From Promethearchaeia archaeon (GTDB taxonomy: Archaea; Asgardarchaeota; Lokiarchaeia; Sigyniarchaeales; SOKP01), in NCBI GenBank assembly GCA_029856155.1, contig JAHQWL010000006.1:1-11961 (forward strand): 11,961 bases of DNA, given 5' to 3'. Position 1 is the first letter of the stretch, and each line of letters starts with the position of its first letter. The position numbers and the translations under genes are program-made. Positions 1 through 8,170 of the stretch are shown piece after piece. Below the pieces are notes generated by a model. The model was not told the DNA's origin and did no database searches. It saw nothing but the letters and a program-made list of their open reading frames with translations.

Positions 1-1
1 G

Positions 2-1435
2 GTAATAGGAGTCATTTTAGAGTATGAATTTACGTGGATGTATCTTTTTTTAATATTCTATCCTATTCTAAGAGGAGTTTATTTATATCTAAAGAAAAAA
101 GGGATGTTTAGTTCAAATAAATATAGATATATCTCTTACCCTATAGTTGATGTGATTTACTTTTGTTTCAAAGTTTTAAGCCTTTCTATTTTGATAGTTG
201 CAATTTATATTCTTTTTGGATATTTAATCCAAGGTTATTTCTTTGTGGGTAGATATTTTATGATTCCCATACAATTAGCTGTTCATTTAAGCATGATTCT
301 TATTTTCTTAAAAATTGCTTTTGTGCTACTCAAATTATTTCATCCTAAACTATCACTTAGCCTGTCCAAGAAATTCTTAAAACAAAAAACTCAAAGAAGG
401 GCAAAAATACAAGTAATAAAGCGAGAAACTGTTTTCTACGTTGGAATAGGTGTATTACTTCTAAGTGCAAATATAATTTTAATCTCCACTCCCTTCACGC
501 CTCATCAAATAAAACCCACAGTACCACTCGAAGATGATGAATTTTTATTCGATTTTCATGTTCATACAATCTTTAGTGATGGCTGGCTTACAGTTGAAGA
601 AAGGATTAATTGGTACATACAGCAAGGAATATCGGGAGCTGCTTTTTCTGACCATGACAATATAAGAGGTGCAACAATGGCTCAAAAATATGTAGAGCAA
701 TATGGATTAGATTTTATTGTGTTCATGGCAGAAGAATGGACACAAAATGCAGAAAATCCAGGAGAAATCCATATGAATTATTTTGGATTAGCAGAAGAAA
801 TTGTACCATTAGAGTCTTATACTCCTGGTGGTCCATTGGCGATGAACGCTTCTGATACAATAAGTTATGTGAAAGCGAACGGTGGTTATATTACAGTTAA
901 CCATTATAATTATGATCTAAATCCAAATGGTGGTCATGGTGTCCCATATAGCTTGGGTCAATTAAGAGATTGGGGTGTTGATGGCTTTGAGATAGTAAAC
1001 TCTGCGAGTTATGGATCGAAATACCAACAAATAAGGGAGTATTGTTTGCTTAATAATCTTACATGTATGGGAGGATCTGATATCCATATAAACGAGGATT
1101 TGAATACGTTTATAAAATTGAAATTATCTGATCCTACAAATCTAACTATTGCGAATATCTTTGAAACTTTAAAAGCTAATGAGCATGAAGTTATTGCGAT
1201 TAGTTTTTATCCCAAAGATGTAGATTTTCCTAGTGATTTGAATAATTTTGGGTTTTATGTTTTAGAAGATTTTATAAATTATATTTTAAATATGGAGGTT
1301 GGTCAGGCTTTATCTTGGATAATCTGGGGCGGTTTAGTGTATGCATTATTCTTTCTGGTATACCGAAAAATAAAACATACTAATTTGAGGTTTTTAAAAG
1401 ACAAAATCTATAGAAGTAGCGATAATCTAAATTAA
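2..1435 (+). CDS. Polytopic membrane protein with PHP (polymerase/histidinol phosphatase) metal-dependent phosphoesterase domain; probably 5'-truncated by the window edge
   Basis: PHP motifs DFHVHTIFSDG, FSDHD, AEEW, HMN, NHY, GFEIVN, GGSDIH. Several hydrophobic N-terminal segments and one C-terminal TM helix. The frame is open from position 2 (VIGVILEYEFTW before the ATG at 38), so the real start may lie upstream of the window. Confidence 0.85.
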   Translation, partial: VIGVILEYEFTWMYLFLIFYPILRGVYLYLKKKGMFSSNKYRYISYPIVDVIYFCFKVLSLSILIVAIYILFGYLIQGYFFVGRYFMIPIQLAVHLSMILIFLKIAFVLLKLFHPKLSLSLSKKFLKQKTQRRAKIQVIKRETVFYVGIGVLLLSANIILISTPFTPHQIKPTVPLEDDEFLFDFHVHTIFSDGWLTVEERINWYIQQGISGAAFSDHDNIRGATMAQKYVEQYGLDFIVFMAEEWTQNAENPGEIHMNYFGLAEEIVPLESYTPGGPLAMNASDTISYVKANGGYITVNHYNYDLNPNGGHGVPYSLGQLRDWGVDGFEIVNSASYGSKYQQIREYCLLNNLTCMGGSDIHINEDLNTFIKLKLSDPTNLTIANIFETLKANEHEVIAISFYPKDVDFPSDLNNFGFYVLEDFINYILNMEVGQALSWIIWGGLVYALFFLVYRKIKHTNLRFLKDKIYRSSDNLN

Positions 1436-1439
1436 GAAT

Positions 1440-1898
1440 TCAAATATAATAGCCCGTATTATCTTCCTTGTAGTTGTCTTTATCATCATCATTGTCATCA
1501 TCATCTTCTCCAAGGAGTTTTTTATAGAAGTATTTCAGCATATCTTCGGGATCTCCTTTAAAATCTTTAAGATCTCTAGGATCAATTCTTATAATACCAC
1601 CTCTTTTCAATGGCATTACTTTATCACGAAGTTCTTTTTCAATTTTTTCTTGTCTTCTTGCATTTAGTAGTAATTCCTTCTTCATCAGTTCTTTTAATTC
1701 ATTTACCACAAGATTATCTAAATAGCTAGGTTCAAAGTTCATAAGTGCTTTTGGGCTATAAAACTTCGTAATCCTTTTTATTGCCTTATCCCTTTTGTAT
1801 TCTGGAATCTGGCTAATACTTTCGAGGTTTAATAATGATAAAATGTTTAGCCAATCGAGTTTTATTGTCCAACCGTATTCTTTATTGTCTTCTTCCAT
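1440..1898 (-). CDS. Hypothetical protein, 152 aa, with Asp-rich C-terminal tail ending GYYI
   Basis: ATG-initiated ORF with no competing overlap, charged helical composition, ends 4 bp from the convergent PHP gene. No family recognised. Confidence 0.8.
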   Translation of the reverse strand: MEEDNKEYGWTIKLDWLNILSLLNLESISQIPEYKRDKAIKRITKFYSPKALMNFEPSYLDNLVVNELKELMKKELLLNARRQEKIEKELRDKVMPLKRGGIIRIDPRDLKDFKGDPEDMLKYFYKKLLGEDDDDNDDDKDNYKEDNTGYYI

Positions 1899-2118
1899 TT
1901 TTTTTAATTTTTTTTTATCTAATTAATGAAATCTAAGAAATGAAATAAATTTTTTCACTTACTTTTATATTGTAACCAATAAATGAACCTTATAAATTTA
2001 TTTATTTTGTTCTATAATATTCAGAATAATACAATAATCTTAGATTTTTTCCCAACTTAAAAAACTTTTAAATTAAAATTAGTATAATATAAGATAAAAA
2101 GGAATTACTTTGAAGGAA

Positions 2119-2955
2119 CTAACTTTGAATGAATTCTCGAATTTTAGATGAGACAAATTCAGGGGCATCATGAGTTATCCAATGGGAAGATTTTTCATGT
2201 CTTTCTATTCGTAAATCGTTAACATAATTGGATAATCCTTCTAGTAATTGAGGTTTCAAAGCAATATCTTTCATTCCCCAAAGTACTAGGGTAGGAACAT
2301 CTATAATTCCTTTCCATTCTTTAAAACTAACATTTGCTCTATAATAATTCACTCCTCCCACTATTGCCCCAGGCTGAGACCACGCTTCAATATATTTTTC
2401 TTTATCACTCTCACTAAAATCTTTTGTAAAAACGGCTTTTTTAAGCCAACTATAATCATCTTCAATTATAAACTTCTCTCCATTCGGTTTTAAAAACTCA
2501 AAAATATAGAAACTAGCTTTTTGTTGCTCCTTATCTGTCCTTAATTTTTGTTGAAAAATTATATGATGAGGGGCATTTAAAATTATTAATTTCTTTAAAA
2601 GCTCAGGATATTTTTCGGCAAAGATCCAAGCTACAGCACCACCCCAATCATGTCCAGCAAGGTTAAATTTTCCCAATTTTAATTCTTCACTCAAACCTTT
2701 AATATCTTCTATTAAAATTTCTACTTTATAGTTTTCTACATCTTTCGGTTTATCAGATAAATTATATCCCCTCATATCCGGTATAATTAATTTAAAATCA
2801 TCCTTAAGGAGGGGAATTACTTTTGACCAACAATACCAAAACTCTGGAAAGCCATGAAGTAAGATTAAGGGTTCTCCAGTTCCTATTATGATAGTATGAA
2901 GTCTAATTCCATTGGTTTCAATAAATACCTCTTCGATTTCATTCAATAATCCCAT
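2119..2955 (-). CDS. Alpha/beta-fold hydrolase, epoxide hydrolase-like
   Basis: HGFP oxyanion motif, DMRGYNLSDKP, GHDWG nucleophile elbow (Asp), lid tyrosines in FYI and NYYRAN, WGMKD acid and SSHW catalytic His. GGTG SD-like motif upstream. Confidence 0.9.
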   Translation of the reverse strand: MGLLNEIEEVFIETNGIRLHTIIIGTGEPLILLHGFPEFWYCWSKVIPLLKDDFKLIIPDMRGYNLSDKPKDVENYKVEILIEDIKGLSEELKLGKFNLAGHDWGGAVAWIFAEKYPELLKKLIILNAPHHIIFQQKLRTDKEQQKASFYIFEFLKPNGEKFIIEDDYSWLKKAVFTKDFSESDKEKYIEAWSQPGAIVGGVNYYRANVSFKEWKGIIDVPTLVLWGMKDIALKPQLLEGLSNYVNDLRIERHEKSSHWITHDAPEFVSSKIREFIQS

Positions 2956-3116
2956 ATTTATACACCAACAATTGTAATTTTGAGAAAAATGATTATGTTA
3001 TAAACTTAAGGAATTTTAAAATAATAAAAATCTAAAAATTAGGGTTTATAGTTAAAAATTAAGAAAATAAAAACAAGAAATATGTTTTATATCATCAAAA
3101 AGTTATATTTAAAAAT

Positions 3117-3329
3117 TTATTCAAAATAACTCAAAAAAGAACGAGTAAAATCCTTTACTAAAGAATTATCAATTTCACCGAACTTGTACCTTCCACGTGG
3201 CATCTTCTTTTCCCGAATTGAAAAGTAACGCTTTAAAGCACGTTCAAAATCATTTATCGGCATGCTATTTTCTTCTGCGAATTTTATCTCACCAAATTTT
3301 AAGAGAAAATCCGGATTCAAAATACTCAA
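3117..3329 (-). CDS. Small hypothetical protein, 70 aa, with internal two-fold repeat
   Basis: TTG start preceded by GAGGTGA (minus strand, about 8 nt spacer), upstream TTTATATA box, higher GC than the flanks, and a repeated KFGEI...NS..DF.R....YF pattern. Confidence 0.65.
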   Translation of the reverse strand: MSILNPDFLLKFGEIKFAEENSMPINDFERALKRYFSIREKKMPRGRYKFGEIDNSLVKDFTRSFLSYFE

Positions 3330-3412
3330 CTATTTTTTCACCTCAATTATTCGTGTTTTATTCAAATGTTTTTTTAATTAAATAATTATTTCTATTAATA
3401 AAGACAGTCGAC

Positions 3413-3428
3413 TATATAAATTTTTTCC
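3413..3428 (-). promoter_or_regulatory. Putative archaeal BRE/TATA for the 70-aa gene
   Basis: Minus strand reads GGAAAAAA-TTTATATA, about 85 nt upstream of the TTG at 3329. The AT-rich background weakens significance. Confidence 0.4.
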
Positions 3429-3471
3429 TACACTTGCAAAGGTTAAAATTTCTTAAATTTTACCGAATCCC

Positions 3472-3496
3472 CATTCACTGAATGAACGTTCATTTA
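3472..3496. promoter_or_regulatory. Overlapping inverted repeats; candidate TetR-family operator
   Basis: Perfect 14-bp palindrome AATGAACGTTCATT (3481-3494), extendable to TGAATGA-ACGT-TCATTTA (3479-3496), overlapped by CATTCA-C-TGAATG (3472-3484). Lies in the divergent region upstream of a TetR gene. Confidence 0.5.
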
Positions 3497-3780
3497 TTTT
3501 TTTATTATCTTTATTATTCAACGAAAAATAAGGTAAAGATATAAAAATAACACTATTTTAAGAATTCCCATTATTTTCCCTTCCTTCACCTCTTTTTTTT
3601 ACTCTCTCCTTAAATTGTATATAGCTTCTTACTACTTATAGATAGATATAGATATTGAAGATAAGAAGATGATAGAGTCCCCAAAAACATAATAAATCTA
3701 TAGGAATTTGAAAATTAAAAAGTAATAAATTTTAACATAATTTCTTAACATGTAATAATAATTTTAATGAATTTTGAAAT

Positions 3781-3788
3781 TTTATAAA
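3781..3788 (+). promoter_or_regulatory. Putative TATA box of the TetR gene (leaderless or short-leader transcript)
   Basis: TTTATAAA preceded by GAAA, 29 nt before the GTG at 3818, which is typical archaeal spacing. No SD motif. Confidence 0.5.
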
Positions 3789-3817
3789 TTGTTCATGATT
3801 TTGTGAGTTGATTGTAA

Positions 3818-4432
3818 GTGTTTTTAAGAGAAAAAAAGTCTGAAATAATAAAGAAGGAAAAGAGAAATCTGTTTTTAATATCATCTCTATCTGTTTTTGA
3901 ACAAAAAGGATTTAATAATACTCGAATCAAAGATATCACAAAAAAGGCAGGTACATCTGTAGGAAATTTCTATAATTATTTTAAAAGTAAAGAGGAAGTT
4001 ATCGAAGTCTTAATTAGTGGATTAGCGGAACTTATGATCAGCAAATTTCGAGAGTTATTCGTTTATTTTAAAGATAAGAGAATTCCTCCAATTTCTGCTG
4101 TTAAAAATCTTTTTCGAGGATATGCAAAAATGTTTAAAGCAAAAAAAGAGACTTTTTTAATTTTCTTCGAGCAAATGGGAGGGATGGATCAAAAATATCG
4201 AAACAAAAGAAATGAGATTATTGACAATTTTACGAATGAGGTGGAAAAAATAATCTCAAGATTAATAGAATTCGGAACTCGAGATCAAAATCCTAAAATA
4301 ACCGCTAGAGTTTGGACATCTACGGTACTTGGAGTCTTTATTTGGTGGATTCGGAGTGATTTTGAACTTGAAGAGGAAGAACTTATTGAAAATTTGACAG
4401 AAGTTCTTGTTAAAGGGACAATGTCAAATTAA
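3818..4432 (+). CDS. TetR/AcrR family transcriptional regulator
   Basis: N-terminal HTH signature VFEQKGFNNTRIKDITKKAGTSVGNFYNYFKSKEEV, 204-aa length, helical C-terminal ligand domain. GTG start. Confidence 0.92.
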   Translation: MFLREKKSEIIKKEKRNLFLISSLSVFEQKGFNNTRIKDITKKAGTSVGNFYNYFKSKEEVIEVLISGLAELMISKFRELFVYFKDKRIPPISAVKNLFRGYAKMFKAKKETFLIFFEQMGGMDQKYRNKRNEIIDNFTNEVEKIISRLIEFGTRDQNPKITARVWTSTVLGVFIWWIRSDFELEEEELIENLTEVLVKGTMSN

Positions 4433-4529
4433 GTTAATGAACAATTTTTGCAACAGTTATAATTATAAGCAATATATTCAAATTATATTTGGAGAATTCA
4501 CAATTTAAAATTATTGGGCTTGATTTAAA

Positions 4530-5477
4530 ATGAATAAAGAAATAGATGAAAGAACTTACTTGAAATTTCTTTTACAGTACTTAGGTGTTGATGATTTGAA
4601 ACAGATATGTCGAGATTTTGAAATAAAAGGATTTTCAAAATTGAAGAAATCTGAGATTATTGATTTTGTTCTTGATTCATTAGCAGAAGAAGAATTAAAG
4701 GAGCTCTTACAGCAAAAAGAAATTGAAATTATATCTGCTGGAATTGATTTAGCAATTAAGAAAATTAATGGTGAAGATAGAGAGAGTATTGCTGAAATTA
4801 AGATTGTAAATCGGAGCAAGCATGAAATCGAGTTAAAATTTAAAGGATGGAATTGGGAAACGCAATCTTATTTATCAATTAATTCAAAAAATATAGTGAA
4901 TCCTGAACGTGACTGTGATTGTAAAATAGGGGCTAATATGGGTTTTTGTAGTCATTTTTGGATTGGATTCATCTATTCGTTAAAACAAAATTGGTTTAAA
5001 CTTAAAGATTGGACTTTAACAGCTCTACCTGTTGATTTTGAAAAAAAAATTAAGACTATTAAACTTGCTGAAGCTCAAGAAGGGGTAAAAAGTAATGGAA
5101 TCCGAGAAACAGCAGTTTTGATTGATGAATCATCATCAAGTGCGAAGATAATGAAATATCTTGATTCATCGATAACTGTATATGAGGCAATTATTACTGA
5201 TATTGTTGAAAAGGAATCTGAATTTCAAGGAAATATAACAACTTTTTTTATGGCTTCACTTGGAAATCTCAAACTAGGTCCTAAATTAAAAAAAGCAAGC
5301 GATTATCGTGAAACAGATACTGAAAACGTTGAAAAATTAAAAGTACGAATTAGTGACAAATTGCAAAATGAAAACCATTTTATAAATGGAGATAAGATCA
5401 GTTTTAGTGGAAAACTTGTAAAAGATAATTTTTGGGGATTCACAGTTAAGAATGTAAGGAAAATTACTAAGAAATAA
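4530..5477 (+). CDS. Putative nucleic-acid-binding protein: Rho-N/HEH-like domain + SWIM zinc finger + C-terminal OB-fold-like domain
   Basis: VDDLKQICRDFEIKGFSKLKKSEIIDFV resembles a Rho-N/SAP helix-extension-helix. C129-x-C131-x8-C140-x-H142 preceded by beta strands fits SWIM. The C-terminal ITDI...LKVRI...GDKISFSGKL pattern is OB-like. Domain calls are by eye. Confidence 0.7.
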   Translation: MNKEIDERTYLKFLLQYLGVDDLKQICRDFEIKGFSKLKKSEIIDFVLDSLAEEELKELLQQKEIEIISAGIDLAIKKINGEDRESIAEIKIVNRSKHEIELKFKGWNWETQSYLSINSKNIVNPERDCDCKIGANMGFCSHFWIGFIYSLKQNWFKLKDWTLTALPVDFEKKIKTIKLAEAQEGVKSNGIRETAVLIDESSSSAKIMKYLDSSITVYEAIITDIVEKESEFQGNITTFFMASLGNLKLGPKLKKASDYRETDTENVEKLKVRISDKLQNENHFINGDKISFSGKLVKDNFWGFTVKNVRKITKK

Positions 5478-5616
5478 AAAATCAAATTACACACCTATGT
5501 AAACTTTTCTTATAATTAATTCCTTTATTTTGAAATCAGAAAAGTTTTATTAGTATTACTTTATTCTTCTATATATCCTCTTTTAATTAGGAATTTATTC
5601 TTGCGGGATACTAATA

Positions 5617-6524
5617 ATGGCTAAAATTACTAATAGTAAATCTAATATTATGAAAGGAAAAATCTGTATGATTACAGGTGCTAATTCCGGAATTGGTAAA
5701 GCAACCGCAATAGGTTTAGCAAAATTAGGGGCGACATTGGTTTTAGTTTGTCGGGATCAAGCTCGAGCAGAAAAAGCAATAGCCGAAATAAAGGAAAAAT
5801 CCGATACAGATTCAATCGATCTAATCCTTTCTGACTTATCTTCTCAAAAAGACATTCACAATCTAGTAATGGAGTTTAAAAAAAAGGATGATAGATTGCA
5901 TGTTCTAATTAACAATGCTGGAGTTAATTTAAAAAAACATACGTTAACCGAAGATGGAATTGAAACAACTTTTGCAGTAAATTATTTGGCTCAATTTATG
6001 TTAAGTATTTTATTTTTTGATATCTTAAAAAAAGTGCTCCTGCACGCATTGTAAACGTGGCATCAAGTGTCCAAGCAAAATCAATTGATTTCGATAATTT
6101 AAATGGTGAAAAGCATTATAGTCAATTAAAAGCATATGCGCAATCAAAGCTAGCAGTAGTTCTCTTTACTTACGAATTTGCCAAAAAAATCACAGGAACA
6201 GGGGTTTCAGTAAATTGTCTTCATCCAGGATATGTAAAAACGAATATGATACGTAATTTTCGACCCTTTGTCAAATATTTTTACCATTTAGTGGGCTTAT
6301 TTATGAAAAACCCGAAGCGTGGGGCTAAGACTTCAATATATTTAGCGTCAACTCCCGATATAGATGGATCAAGTGGAAAATATTTTAAAAAGAGAAAAGA
6401 AACGAAGTCTGTTGAGATATCTTATGATGCTACTTTATCGAAACAATTGTGGGATGTAAGTGTTAAACTAACAAATGTTGATCTTAAAAGAAACTTATCC
6501 CAACTAATCGAAAATAAGACTTAA
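5617..6524 (+). pseudogene. Short-chain dehydrogenase/reductase (retinol dehydrogenase/WWOX-like) split by a single -1 frameshift; pseudogene, recoded gene or sequencing error
   Basis: ORF 5617-6054 has TGANSGIG, NNAG and TFAVNY. ORF 6057-6524 has the catalytic YAQSK and LHPG. Adding one A to the A7 run at 6027-6033 gives the canonical DILKKSAPARIVNVASS and a single 302-aa protein. Confidence 0.85.
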
Positions 6525-7900
6525 GGATATTTGCTTTTCAAAGAATTTGTAAGATTATCTAATTTTTCTGATATCTTGAGTTTGAAAAGATGAGCTTCCT
6601 CTAATTTCAAATAGGAATCGGGTAAGTACCTAATATTGTTTAAATAAAATTTCTGTATATCATCTAATTTCGGCAATTTAATGGTTAATTTCCCCTTTTT
6701 CATAACTGGTAATAATAACGCTTCGGAGTTGGGAGGAGCAGGCTCACCTTCAAGTGCTAGTATATCTTCTTTAAATTTATTATCTTTATCGAAAATTCGG
6801 TATACTTGTTTTTTCCCTGGATATGTTAATTTATCTTCACTGATTTTTATTTTTGGAATTCCATTATATTCAATTAATTTATATACTCCTGCGATTGTTG
6901 GATCGTCCCGCGAGGTTGCTAATTCAGTTCCAACACCAAACGCATCAATTGGTGCATTTTTATCAATAATCTCTTTTATTTTATACTCATTCAAATCTGA
7001 GCTTGCAACAATTAATACCTTTTCACATCCATTATTATCTAAAATTTTTCGCACTTTTTTCGCATGGTCAATTAAATCACCAGAATCTAATCTTACACCT
7101 CTTATTTTATTCCCAAATTTGCTAGACATCTCGGCTCCTTTTTCTGTATCATAGGTATCTATCAAGAGGATAGAGTTTTCGTTATAAATTTTATAATATG
7201 ACTTAAAACTTTCTAGCTCATTTTCGAATTTCTGAACAAAACTGTGAGCCATAGTACCAGTAGAATTAATCCCTAATTCAAGATCTGCTATAACATTACT
7301 AGTGCCGTTGAATCCCGCAATGTAACTTGCTCTAGCAGCATATACTCCTGCGAGGGGACTGTGTGATCTTCTTGTGCCAAATTCAAGAAATATTTTATCT
7401 GGAGCTAGATTTTTAATTCGAGATGCCTTAGACGCAACTAACGTTTGAAAATTAATTACATTAAGTAAATAAGTCTCTGCAATTTGAGCATGAAATATTG
7501 GTCCTTGGACTCTCAATATTGGTTCATTTGGAAAGAAAAAATTTCCTTCTCTCATTGCCCATACGTCAATATTAAATTTAAAATTCGGTAAGTAGTCATC
7601 AAAAAACCGTGTATCAATATTTTTGAAAACTGTCTTATTTCTTAAAAATTCAATTGATCGTTTTGTAAATCTAGCGTTAAGTAGATATTGAATTGCTTGT
7701 TCCAAACCTGCAAAAATTAAATAATTACGATTTCTAGGCAATTTTCTAATGAATAATTCAAAGGTTGCGATATCATCTTCTTCTTTAATTTTATTTTCAA
7801 GGTTATACTGATAATAAGCAGCACCCATTGTCAATTGATAAAAATCAGTAGCTAAAATCATATTTTGATCGTTTACAAAACCAGAGTTCACATTACTCAT
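6521..7900 (-). CDS. pncB: Nicotinate phosphoribosyltransferase
   Basis: Motifs LATDFYQLTM, EFGTRR, GTMAHS (phospho-His), LLIDTYD, GVRLDSGD, FGVGT, GVYKL, PGKKQVYR. Its stop overlaps the SDR stop in TTAA at 6521-6524. Confidence 0.95.
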   Translation of the reverse strand: MSNVNSGFVNDQNMILATDFYQLTMGAAYYQYNLENKIKEEDDIATFELFIRKLPRNRNYLIFAGLEQAIQYLLNARFTKRSIEFLRNKTVFKNIDTRFFDDYLPNFKFNIDVWAMREGNFFFPNEPILRVQGPIFHAQIAETYLLNVINFQTLVASKASRIKNLAPDKIFLEFGTRRSHSPLAGVYAARASYIAGFNGTSNVIADLELGINSTGTMAHSFVQKFENELESFKSYYKIYNENSILLIDTYDTEKGAEMSSKFGNKIRGVRLDSGDLIDHAKKVRKILDNNGCEKVLIVASSDLNEYKIKEIIDKNAPIDAFGVGTELATSRDDPTIAGVYKLIEYNGIPKIKISEDKLTYPGKKQVYRIFDKDNKFKEDILALEGEPAPPNSEALLLPVMKKGKLTIKLPKLDDIQKFYLNNIRYLPDSYLKLEEAHLFKLKISEKLDNLTNSLKSKYP

Positions 7901-8170
7901 TTTTTTCTCATCGAATTTACTTATATTTTCCTAAGTATTTACTTTACTTTTTATTATTATAAACATTTACAAATTAGTTATAGTAAAAATAACAGACTCC
8001 AAAAAATGCTAATAGAACCCAAAAAAGCCTAATTTTTAAGTTTATTTACAAATAATATTCTCAAAAGTAGGAAAAGTAAGATTAACTTTAAAAGTAAAAA
8101 AAATTGATCTTTGTATAAATACTTATTTTAATAAAGTAAGACTAGTTATTTTAAAAGAAAAAGTGATTAT

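Noticed and set aside
1480-1508. TCA trinucleotide repeat
   Set aside because: Simply encodes the poly-Asp tail of the 152-aa protein.
3197-3385. 62-aa + strand ORF
   Set aside because: Antisense to the better-supported 70-aa ORF, with no SD and no recognisable features.
3637-3677. Short TAGA/GATA and GAAGAT repeats
   Set aside because: Low-complexity, imperfect and without spacers; not CRISPR-like, and no function is supportable.
4556-5494. Minus-strand ORFs 4556-4819 and 5303-5494
   Set aside because: Antisense shadows of the SWIM protein gene with typical Ser/Phe/Ile-rich reverse-frame composition.
6057-6524. Independent 155-aa gene with a GTG start
   Set aside because: It is the C-terminal half of the SDR; the GTG is the Val of the RIVNV motif.
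6521-6524. Shared TTAA stop overlap of the convergent SDR and pncB genes
   Set aside because: Common in compact prokaryotic genomes.
6681-7154. 157-aa + strand ORF
   Set aside because: Entirely antisense within pncB; a shadow frame.
8060-8168. Recurring AAAGTA(A/G) words in the pncB-tes divergent promoter region
   Set aside because: Short, irregularly spaced and expected in very AT-rich DNA; would need cross-genome conservation to be credible.
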